Shown here in pieces: positions 9,691 to 19,100 of a DNA stretch of 39,086 nt. Within the stretch, counting starts at the first letter, position 1, and each line of letters opens with the position of its first letter. The notes below the pieces were generated by a model. It had not been told where the DNA came from. It saw nothing but the letters and a program-made list of their open reading frames with translations, and did no database searches. The translations under genes and the position numbers were made by a program. The stretch comes from Candidatus Woesearchaeota archaeon (GTDB taxonomy: Archaea > Nanobdellota > Nanobdellia > Pacearchaeales > GW2011-AR1): the NCBI GenBank assembly GCA_964653605.1, contig CAZZGW010000004.1, positions 1 to 39,086 of the forward strand, read 5' to 3'.

Positions 9691-10971
9691 TTATTTTATT
9701 TTTATATCACTTACATACATCTCTAGAATTTTTCTCTTGTGTTTAACTTTCCACTTTTGAACAAAGTCTTTTGCAGTGATATTATTTTTTTCTTTTGCAA
9801 AAAGTCTTTTATTTTTTTCAAATATTTTTTCATGTTCTTTTTTGAACTTTGCAACGTTCTTTTTATCTTTTACAAAAGGTCCTCCGAATAAAACAAATTC
9901 TCTTTTCTTTAAAACAAAGAAACAACGGGCGCTTTGTTTTTGATTATAATTAAATCCTTTTTGTTTTACAATAAAGTTCCTTTCCAACTCAGTGCCTATG
10001 TGATTGTAAAACTTGAATAGTTTACTTCCGGCAACATCCCCCTCTTGTTTTTCTGTTGTTATTTCCATTAACAAAAATTCATTTTTATTTCTAAAGGCCA
10101 AGTCTTTAATCTTGGCCAAATTTATTTTTTTTATTTCAAAGGATTTTATCGAAGGTGTTTTTATAAATTGGACGCAATGTTTCTGAAATTTAATCAAAGT
10201 TTCTTTAGAAAGTGCTGCACTAACGTTCCTTTGTTTAAAGGTGGGGTCTACTAAAATAATCGGAGAAATTAACTTGGAAGAATTTATATCTAACAAAACT
10301 TCTTTTTTATTTTTGTAAAATTTTTCAATATCTATAACCGTTTTCTCTTCAGGATTCATTTTTAAAATGGTATTAATAAATTTTAAGAAACTTCCATAGT
10401 GATAAATTAGAAGTTCTAAAGAATAACCAGAGAATCCATTAATGTAAGATTCTGCTCCATAACAGCCACTAGCATAACAAAATGCCTTAGCTATTTTAAT
10501 GTCATTCAATACTTTTTGAGATTTAATATTTTTATTCATGTATCTAACATGGGAATAGGATAGGTCTGTTATGTTTTCTGATTCTCTAGGGTTTGAAACT
10601 TTTCTAACCGGAACTACCTCTATTACAAAGTTTTCTTTAATCTTAATATTAAAATAATCTCTTGAGCCATGAACAACTGACGCCCCTTTAACACCTTTAA
10701 TTAATTTTTTAGTCATATTTGATATTTCTTTGTCAGGATATTTCTTGTCAAACCTCAAAAATAAATCAATGTCATACTTATCTTTTTTAACGAGAGTCTT
10801 TTTCGCAAAACTCCCTCCAACAAAGATATCAACAATAAATTTTTCTTTCTTTATGTTCTCTTTTAATTTTTTAATAAATTCTTTTAAGAAACTATTTATG
10901 TAACTAACATCTTCCTTAGAAGGTTCTATTTTTTTAAGCACCTCTTCAAGGATTAAATCACTTTTTTTCAT
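9691..10971 (-). CDS. cca: Archaeal (class I) CCA-adding tRNA nucleotidyltransferase
   Basis: VGGSFAKKT...DIDLF nucleotidyltransferase motif, YGAESYINGFSGYSLEL and VDPT...RNVSAALS. Confidence 0.92.
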   Translation of the reverse strand: MKKSDLILEEVLKKIEPSKEDVSYINSFLKEFIKKLKENIKKEKFIVDIFVGGSFAKKTLVKKDKYDIDLFLRFDKKYPDKEISNMTKKLIKGVKGASVVHGSRDYFNIKIKENFVIEVVPVRKVSNPRESENITDLSYSHVRYMNKNIKSQKVLNDIKIAKAFCYASGCYGAESYINGFSGYSLELLIYHYGSFLKFINTILKMNPEEKTVIDIEKFYKNKKEVLLDINSSKLISPIILVDPTFKQRNVSAALSKETLIKFQKHCVQFIKTPSIKSFEIKKINLAKIKDLAFRNKNEFLLMEITTEKQEGDVAGSKLFKFYNHIGTELERNFIVKQKGFNYNQKQSARCFFVLKKREFVLFGGPFVKDKKNVAKFKKEHEKIFEKNKRLFAKEKNNITAKDFVQKWKVKHKRKILEMYVSDIKIK

Positions 10972-11362
10972 CTTTTTCTAAATCTTTTACCCCTTGTTTT
11001 AAAGTAGAAGCCAGGTCAATCATGTATTTTCCTTCATCAAACTTGTAAATCAAAGGTCTTTTTTTATTAAATAAATTAACTACATCAATTTCATATTTTC
11101 CATCCCCCATAAACCTTATAGATTCCAAATCAAGGATAACAGGAGTCTCCTCATCAGTTATTCCTGCAATTTCCCTAACGTCCTTCTCTATGGCAGCTTT
11201 TTCCTTTTCAGGAATCTCAATTATAGGTTTTTCCTTAATTCTCTCTAATTGCTCGTCCTTAATATAAAAGAAAAACTTACTTCCACAATTTTCACAGCCT
11301 TCTATGAGTTCCTTACTCCCCAAAGGAATTATTTTAGAACATTTAACACATTGGTGTGGCAT
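10958..11362 (-). CDS. oapC: Zn-ribbon protein DUF2072 (OapC)
   Basis: MPHQCVKC...GCENCGSKFFFY, ESIR...GKYEID and GKYMIDL motifs, plus synteny with DUF2073 and the GTPase. Confidence 0.85.
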   Translation of the reverse strand: MPHQCVKCSKIIPLGSKELIEGCENCGSKFFFYIKDEQLERIKEKPIIEIPEKEKAAIEKDVREIAGITDEETPVILDLESIRFMGDGKYEIDVVNLFNKKRPLIYKFDEGKYMIDLASTLKQGVKDLEKDEKK

Positions 11363-11448
11363 TTTTTGATTTGACTAATTTAAATTACCAATTCCAAAGT
11401 TGAAAGTGGCGTTGGCATAAATGAGCTAAAAAATCAAACTATTTAAAA

Positions 11449-13287
11449 TTATCCGCCAAAATAGGTGTTTACATCTGAGACTTCTGTATCATTTAGCGCC
11501 CTATTCCATATAATTACTTCATCTATTCTTCCTTCAAAAGGTCTTCCCATGCCCGGGTTTTCTCCTATATAAACTGGCCAAGAATTTTCTAATAGGGCTC
11601 CTGTTTTTGGTGAAGTCCCTTGTGAGGTTCCATCAACATATATTTCAGAATTGCTTCCATCATAAACCCCCACCAGATGATGCCATCCGCTATTTGGAGT
11701 AGCACTTCCTTCATTATGGCTTATAACGGTTCCGCCTGCAGTAAATCTAAATCTATAGGAGGCGGTAGTTGATGTAGAATCATCCAAACCTATCATGAAT
11801 GCATGGTTTGCAGTATCGGTACCAATGGCTTTGGACAAAATCCTAGGATCCAAACCAAAAATTGTCCCCTCGTAATTATACCAGGCAGAGATAGTTATTG
11901 CACTCCCTGGGACTGAGAATGTTCCAACGTCAATATAATCATTTATTCCATCAAAATAATAGCATCCGTCTCCATACTGGCAGTTAGAGCTAGTCTGATA
12001 TGCTCCAGAAGCAGTCCCATCATTACTTCCAACGGAGTCTGTAGCGTCGTTATCAAGGTTCCACCAAGAAACTATGCCTGTTTCCCAATATTCTGAACAA
12101 TCTGGATCACTTGAGCATCCTGCGCTTGCACAGCAAGTTCCATCAGAAGTACAAATAGCAGTATTAGAACAGGTACCTAAAGAACAACTATCTGTAGTAC
12201 ACTCATCTGAATCGTCACAACTTCCACAATTTTCTCCACAAACATCTCCACAAACATAACCTAAACTAGCACAAGTATCTGTACAACTCGAGACACACAT
12301 ACCAGTAGCATTACAAGTGAGTCCAGAACCGCAAGCACTACAATTAACTGTTTCACCACAAACGCTTTGGTTCCCACATTCAAATCCTAAACTAGAGCAA
12401 GTCTCGGTACATCCTTCTTCACATAATCCACTAGAATTACAACTATATGTTGGTCCATAAAGAACAGTACAATCTCCACAACCAGAGCTTGCACCACAAA
12501 TGGCCCAATCACCACATTCATAACCAAGCGAATTACAAGTCTCAACGCAATCTTCTTCACACAATCCGCTAGCATTGCAAGAATATCCTAGGCCACAAGA
12601 TCCACAGTTTTGATCACCACCACAAATAGTGTGGATATCACATTCATAATTGAAAGTAGAGCAAGTATCAGTACATCCCGCTTGTTCAACACAAGTTGTT
12701 CCAGAACAAACAAAACTAGCATTAGGACAATCACCACAATTAGTACTGAAAGCACATACCAATTGGTTTCCACATTCAAATCCAAGGCTAGAACAAGTTT
12801 CCCCACATGTCGTTTTCTTTTTTATTTTTATAGTGTCTTTTACATCTCCAGTAACTTGTTTACCAGATTCTAACTCAAAAACTGGAGAAATCTTAATTTC
12901 AGTAAGCTCGGAGGCGTTAATATCTTGCAAAATAAATACAAAAGTTCTTTCTTCTAATTGTTCCATGAAGATAGGGAGTTCTATAATCTCTGAATTTTCT
13001 CCGTCTTCAAAAACAAATTTTAAAGCTATAAATTTTCCCTCTCCAGCATTTCTTTTAAATCTAACCGTAGCACTGGTGTCGTTATCAGATTGAACACTTT
13101 TTAATTCAAGATCTAATGTGAGCTTTCCTAGAGAAACTTGTTCTGCTCCCTGTCTAACAACCTTACTAACAACTCCCCAGACGATTCCAACAGCAACCAA
13201 TACTAAAACAATCATCAAGAGGGAGGCAACAATAGTAGACAGACCTTTTTTTCTTCTCATAACCTCTCTTTTAGGCAAATAAACCAT
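11449..13287 (-). CDS. Pilin-anchored Cys-rich surface protein with C-terminal LamG/ConA-like domain (likely start 13260)
   Basis: Class III-like signal RRKKG/LSTIVASLLMIV, several CxxTCxSLGxECG repeats, and LamG motifs YFDGINDYI, WHHLVGVYDG and GRIDEVIIWNRAL. Confidence 0.85.
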   Translation of the reverse strand: MVYLPKREVMRRKKGLSTIVASLLMIVLVLVAVGIVWGVVSKVVRQGAEQVSLGKLTLDLELKSVQSDNDTSATVRFKRNAGEGKFIALKFVFEDGENSEIIELPIFMEQLEERTFVFILQDINASELTEIKISPVFELESGKQVTGDVKDTIKIKKKTTCGETCSSLGFECGNQLVCAFSTNCGDCPNASFVCSGTTCVEQAGCTDTCSTFNYECDIHTICGGDQNCGSCGLGYSCNASGLCEEDCVETCNSLGYECGDWAICGASSGCGDCTVLYGPTYSCNSSGLCEEGCTETCSSLGFECGNQSVCGETVNCSACGSGLTCNATGMCVSSCTDTCASLGYVCGDVCGENCGSCDDSDECTTDSCSLGTCSNTAICTSDGTCCASAGCSSDPDCSEYWETGIVSWWNLDNDATDSVGSNDGTASGAYQTSSNCQYGDGCYYFDGINDYIDVGTFSVPGSAITISAWYNYEGTIFGLDPRILSKAIGTDTANHAFMIGLDDSTSTTASYRFRFTAGGTVISHNEGSATPNSGWHHLVGVYDGSNSEIYVDGTSQGTSPKTGALLENSWPVYIGENPGMGRPFEGRIDEVIIWNRALNDTEVSDVNTYFGG

Positions 13288-13332
13288 AGTATACCCATAG
13301 TTCTTTTATTTATAAAATTGTTTATAGAAGGT

Positions 13333-13482
13333 GAAATTAATTATTTACTTAGAAGAAGTTCTATTTTCTTTGGATTACGTTTAATTTCCTTTATGTAAAT
13401 CACTGTGTGGATTTATGTCCATGGAAATTAATTATTTACTTAGAAGAAGTTCTATTTTCTTTGGATTACGTTTAATTTCCTT
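13333..13482. repeat. Exact 59-bp direct repeat (13333-13391 and 13424-13482) duplicating the oapB 3' end, with a 32-bp spacer
   Basis: GAAATTAATTATTTACTTAGAAGAAGTTCTATTTTCTTTGGATTACGTTTAATTTCCTT read twice. Confidence 0.95.
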
Positions 13483-13845
13483 AACTATTGTGGCAGGCCC
13501 AATAATAGTAATAGCTCCCAGGTCTCCTTTAACAATCATCTGGACCAATCCTTTTCTAACCCTGTCCATAAATGTCTGATCACCATTCCCCGAGATAACC
13601 GCCAATTCAATTCCTTTAAATTCTTTAACATGTCCAATCATTGCCATTGTATCCCCTATTAATCTTGTTTCTTCATCACTTCTTAATTTTCCTTGCAAGA
13701 TTAAAATATTATTTCCTAAAACAATTCCAAGAATCTTCTTAATACGTTCATCCCCGTTTAAATCTTTTATTTCAGAGTAAGGTAAGAATTGGATGGTAAA
13801 TCCTTTAATCTTACCAATGCCTTTTTTCCCCTTTTTTCCAGCCAT
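13432..13845 (-). CDS. oapB: DUF2073 family protein (OapB)
   Basis: ERIKKIL...NILILQGKL..EETRLIGDTM...FKGIE...TIIGPATIVKEIKRNP pattern, directly downstream of the Era-like GTPase. Confidence 0.85.
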   Translation of the reverse strand: MAGKKGKKGIGKIKGFTIQFLPYSEIKDLNGDERIKKILGIVLGNNILILQGKLRSDEETRLIGDTMAMIGHVKEFKGIELAVISGNGDQTFMDRVRKGLVQMIVKGDLGAITIIGPATIVKEIKRNPKKIELLLSK

Positions 13846-13878
13846 ATTTTCTATTATATATATTACGAAATATACTTT

Positions 13879-14520
13879 TTAAACTTTTTTCGCCAATTTA
13901 AATATTGATTCGTAAAATTCCTCAAGGTTCTTTCCTTGTTTAGCACTTATTCCCACAACATCGTATTCAGGGAAGGCAGATTCTATCTTTTTGAGGTCAG
14001 CTTTCCTTAAATCAATCTTATTAGCCACTATAAGCACTGGAATTTTCCTGGCAACTAAGTTGCCTATGATTGTTATATTTACTTGATTGTAGGGGTTCTC
14101 TGTGGCATCTAGGACTATTACAACGACGTCCATATCATCTAACCACTTTATACTCTCTACAATTCCTTGTGTTGCTTCCTTAGCACGCGTTTTAGCATCT
14201 TTTTTGTTAACTTTGTACTTCAAGAAATCTTCATAATCAATTTTAGTAGCAATACCTGGGGTGTCAATCATCTTAAACATTAATGTTTTCCCCTTGTAAT
14301 CTATCTCAACCTTTTCTTTAAATTGAACGTTTCTTGTCTCGTGGGGAATTTTACTAACACTTCCTATCTCTTCTCCAGTAAAATCTTTACAGATTCTATT
14401 AGCTAGACTTGTTTTTCCGGCATTGGGAGGGCCATAGAACCCTAATTTAATGTCTTTTTTTCCATTAAACAAGTTAGAAAAGATTTTCTTAAAAAAATTT
14501 TTAAAAACTTTTATCGCCAT
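13879..14520 (-). CDS. oapA: Era-like small GTPase (OapA)
   Basis: G1 GPPNAGKTS, G2 PHETR, G3 DTPG, G4 NKID and G5 ISA. Confidence 0.9.
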   Translation of the reverse strand: MAIKVFKNFFKKIFSNLFNGKKDIKLGFYGPPNAGKTSLANRICKDFTGEEIGSVSKIPHETRNVQFKEKVEIDYKGKTLMFKMIDTPGIATKIDYEDFLKYKVNKKDAKTRAKEATQGIVESIKWLDDMDVVVIVLDATENPYNQVNITIIGNLVARKIPVLIVANKIDLRKADLKKIESAFPEYDVVGISAKQGKNLEEFYESIFKLAKKV

Positions 14521-14583
14521 ATTCTATTTTTGTAAAAAAGGTTTATTAAGTTTTTTGTGTTACAACACACATTATTTAACATT

Positions 14584-16074
14584 TTATCTGCCAGGTTGTT
14601 TACCTCTTTGAGGGTTTTGAGCTCCTTGCCCCCCCGGAACCTTATTAAAAGGAAGTTTTACCATCCCTGTCCTTTTTCCAGAATATTTCTTAAGCACATA
14701 CTTAATTTGTTCCCCAGACCACTTAGATTTCCTTAAGTTTTTAGCAATTTCTTCATTGCTAATTCCTTTTCTTTTAGAATTGTTAACATAGATGATTAAA
14801 TTGTAAAGGTTATTTCTATTAGGGAATAAGTATCTTTCATATTTTTTATCATACCAAGTGCTTACAATAGAATAAATAACCATTCCCAAAACTAAAAGTA
14901 AAAGAATAACCAGCCCAAAGAAAATCCATCTGGAAATTTTAACTTGTTTCTTAGAGTCTATAATCTCTCCTCCTAGATCTGGGAGATCCATAAGGGCTGG
15001 AGAAACAAACATAGGAACACTAACAAAATCAACGTTCTCAGAGGTTATAAAGATTATATCCCCATAGGCTTGCTCTCCTAGGTTAATATAATAATAATTT
15101 CCTTTCTTTATTTGCCCATAATTTTCTTCAAACTCCAAATTTTCTATAGATTCAATTATGAAATAAGAATTCATTGTAGGGCTTTCTGGGAACTGAACCT
15201 CAAAATATCTGAATAAAACCTCTTCTGTAAAACCATAACTAGCTGAGATTTCCTTAAAAGCAATCCTCATATCTATCTCGTCTTGATTCCATATAAATAG
15301 AGCATCAGAATAAGAACTTTCCAAATCATCATCATATTCTTCTCCTGTGATGCCTGTAAGAATATCAAAGTCCACGTTCTTATCATCAGCATAGAATTTA
15401 ATGTTATCAATGCTTTTACTTTCCGAAATTAGCTTAGGAACCCTTATTAGAAGAGCATCATCAATTATTTTTTGGTAGTCTGCATTTGAATCTGCTGTGG
15501 AATATAATGTTTCTAATTGCTCTACCCTTATGTCAAAATTTAAAACGTCAAAGGCAACTTCTACCTTTTCTTTAATAAATCCTGTATAGGTTTTAGAACT
15601 AGCATTAAATTGTGCAATATCAGCCTTTTTACTATTAATCGCTTGAGCAGCCTCAACTTTTAAGGAAAGGTCTTGTGTTGTGTTTATATTTATTATACCC
15701 GAAAGCAAGGTTATTCCAGTTAGGTTTAATTCATAGGCTACATCTCCTAAAATTCCAGGAATTATGAAAGCATCATTCAAAGTAAGAATCTGGAATGAAG
15801 AATTAAGCAAGGGAAGAGAATCATTGTAAACATATTCATTATTCTTGTTTAAAATATTTTGTATTGTGTGTGTGTTTCCAAAAGAATCTTCAAACGTAGA
15901 ATTATAAGGTTCGTTAGTAAAGCTTATATTAACCCATGCAACTATTTTGTCCCCAAGATCATATGTATCATTAAGATAATGCGAAGGAGTTCCTATTTGA
16001 AAACTAGCAGAAACTAAACTAAGTGATAAAATAACACTTAAGAAAACAAATACAGAAAATATCCTCCACCTCAT
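14584..16074 (-). CDS. Membrane-anchored secreted (surface) protein of unknown function
   Basis: N-terminal signal peptide, several N-x-S/T sequons, a C-proximal TM helix and a cytoplasmic tail. Confidence 0.75.
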   Translation of the reverse strand: MRWRIFSVFVFLSVILSLSLVSASFQIGTPSHYLNDTYDLGDKIVAWVNISFTNEPYNSTFEDSFGNTHTIQNILNKNNEYVYNDSLPLLNSSFQILTLNDAFIIPGILGDVAYELNLTGITLLSGIININTTQDLSLKVEAAQAINSKKADIAQFNASSKTYTGFIKEKVEVAFDVLNFDIRVEQLETLYSTADSNADYQKIIDDALLIRVPKLISESKSIDNIKFYADDKNVDFDILTGITGEEYDDDLESSYSDALFIWNQDEIDMRIAFKEISASYGFTEEVLFRYFEVQFPESPTMNSYFIIESIENLEFEENYGQIKKGNYYYINLGEQAYGDIIFITSENVDFVSVPMFVSPALMDLPDLGGEIIDSKKQVKISRWIFFGLVILLLLVLGMVIYSIVSTWYDKKYERYLFPNRNNLYNLIIYVNNSKRKGISNEEIAKNLRKSKWSGEQIKYVLKKYSGKRTGMVKLPFNKVPGGQGAQNPQRGKQPGR

Positions 16075-16118
16075 TTTAATAACAATGAATTTCTTTTTAT
16101 AAATCTTACTCTCCGGGG

Positions 16119-19100
16119 TTAATCTCTTCTCCGGAAAATAATAATTGTGTATGCTATAGCCAAAACAATTATTGATAAAATAAGCTGCATCTTTCCGAAT
16201 CCAGGAAGCTCAACTTGTGCAGGACATATAATTTCATCACTTATGTTATTACAATCATCAGATGCTCTGTCCCCTGTTAAAGGGTTTATAGGATCATAGT
16301 GCCATTCTCCAGCAGGATCTTCAACATAACTCGTACTTTGAGGATCAACATAAACAAAATTTGAATCATCCCATATCCAGTTTGCAGTGTAATCTCTAGT
16401 TAAAAATCCATCAGCACAGTCATCCAAGCTATTATCAGAATAAGCACAATACCCAATACCATTTATTCCCCCTAAATCAAGGGCATTACAATCAGGATCG
16501 GAGATAGCACAATAGGGGCTACAGTAACCATCTGAAATGACCTTACAGCAAGCGTTATCCTGAACCCGGTAACTTAATCCTTCCGCACAACAATTTGCAC
16601 TTTCAAGTTGACAAGAATCATCATATCCAATATCTGTAAATCCACAATTTAAACTACAAGTTCCATCTAGACATAACATTTGACCTTCGAGACAATCTCC
16701 CCCAATAGGAACTATATTGTAAGTACAAGTATTTGAACACCCGTCAGTATTATTTGTATTTCCATCATCACATTGTTCTCCGAATCCTTCCCATCCATTT
16801 CCACAATAGTCATCTCCAGCACAATCAGGATCAATGAAAGAACAGTAAGGGTTACAGCTTCCATCTTCAGTGCCATAACAACAAGCTTCATCATTTATAC
16901 TGCATAAAAGTCCAGCCCCACAAGCATCATTCACCCCATCACAATCTCCACAGCTACATCCTTCATCTGAATCACAGGTTCCATCATTGTTACAAGGAGC
17001 ATTTCCACCGTCAGTAAACCAACAATTTAAACTACAAGTATCATCAGCACATCTAGTTGTTCCTTCAGGACAAGGAAGACTTATATCATCTTCAATAGTA
17101 CAAGTAGCTGAGCATCCATCTCCGCTAATAATGTTTCCATCATCACAAGTTTCTCCAGAATCAAGAACTGTGTTTCCACATTCACCACAGGAAGGAGTGA
17201 TCTCTAAACTTGGAACACAAGAACTTCCATCCCATTCACATCCACAATCATTATACAATATACATCTTGAAACAGGATCAACTTGGAAGTCACAGTTAGC
17301 TTGAGAAGCATCTGCAACCCCACATCCGTCTGCTTCACACGCAGATTGGCTGTAATCAGCACAAGTACTAATTCCCGCACAAGGATTCACATAATTAACT
17401 GTTAATAATCCTCCACTATCTCTTTCAGTAGTATCTCCTTGGATGTTTGCAGTAAAATAAAATTCTGGAGGATTACCATCTCCATCTGTATCAGACATAT
17501 ATTCTGCATTCCAAATCCCATCTGCCATGTTGCTTGAGATTGTCGCATCCCCAATAGAAGTAGAAACAAGATCATCAAAGGTATTATCATCTTCTGTAAC
17601 ATAGAATTCTATAGTTGTTCCATCAGGACAATCTGGAGTTTCAACATGTAAATATACATTAACATTATCATTTACAGAAGTGATTGTACTTCCACTTCTT
17701 TGCCATTCGGCTACAGAAATCATACATCCTGCTTCAGAACATACACTTAAGTCTCCAACATCTCCAACACAAGAATAACCATCCTCTACCTGACAAGAAG
17801 AAGAACATCCATCCCCATTGGCAGTATCGTCATCATCACATTGTTCTGTAGAATCTCTTATACCGTCTCCGCAAGCCCACCAACATACATTATTTGGTTC
17901 ATTAGTATTACATTTCCAACCAGACTCAATAGAACAGGTAGATGAACATCCATCGCTAGAAGCTGTGTTTCCATCATCACACCCTTCTCCAGACTCTCTA
18001 TCCCCATCTCCACAAGTAGCACCACTAGAAACGGAGTTAACTTCTAAATTTCCACTTGTATCACTTTCACTCCAAGCACTTATTGATGCGGTGAACCTAT
18101 ATTCTGGGGGGTTAGATTCAAGAAGTGCAGAATCATCTGTCCAATCAGCCACCCATGTCCTAGAGGTTGTTCCATCACTTTCTACATTTTTAGCAGATGG
18201 GTCTGGAGAATAATCATCATTAGAATCAAGAATATCTCTCTCAAAAATATTAAAAGAAATTGTCTCAGAGGTTGTACATCCAGTAGTTTGAACATTTAAG
18301 GTAACTGAATCTCCATCATTTACACTAGATGAACTCCAATATGCATTGGTTATAACACAATCATCCATACAAGTATTAGAATGACACACTTGTCCAGGAC
18401 ATAGACAATCCTGAGAACATGTACCACAATTCTCTTGGCAAATTCCATCCCCGCAAGAAGCTGGAGGAGGAGCAACAGTAATATAAATATTTCCAGAATA
18501 AGCCTTTTCACCAGTATTTGAATCTAATGTTCCCACAAAATCATGATCTCCAGAGTTATCTACATCTGAAGTCCAACTTCTATAACCCCTATATGGGGAA
18601 GAACTTCCTATTGTTAAGCTAGAAAGGTCCCTTATCCAAGTACTTCCTCTATAAACATCTAAATCAACAGTTTTTCCTGCACATGCCCAGTTCCCTTCAA
18701 CAGCTAAGCTAACACTAGTTCCTTCACCAATATCATCTCCTGGACTCCACCAAGCACCAGTTAAATCACAAGCAACACAAGTATGGCTAGAACTACACTT
18801 TTCATTAGAATTACAATTACTATCACTAGTACATTCATAATCATAACACCCAGATGTAATGAAACCAGTACAAACAGAATTACATGAAAGTGTCCCAGCA
18901 TCATAATTTAAGCTAGTACAAGTAGCCCCGTTTAAATCAGAACCATCACAAGTTTCACTTCCTTCTTGATTATTATCTCCACAATCCGTACATGAATTTG
19001 TGTTAAAAGACAGACAATTGGTATTACAACTTAAAGTTCCTGCATCAAAATCTCCAGCAACTGTTGTACAATCATTCCCTCCTAAGTTAGATCCATCACA

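Noticed and set aside
13333-13482. Repeat-spacer-repeat as a minimal CRISPR array
   Set aside because: The repeat is 59 bp, occurs only twice, is the coding end of oapB, and no cas genes are in the window.
10958-14583. Replication origin next to oapABC, as in haloarchaea
   Set aside because: No orc1/cdc6 gene, no ORB-like repeats seen, and intergenic gaps are short.
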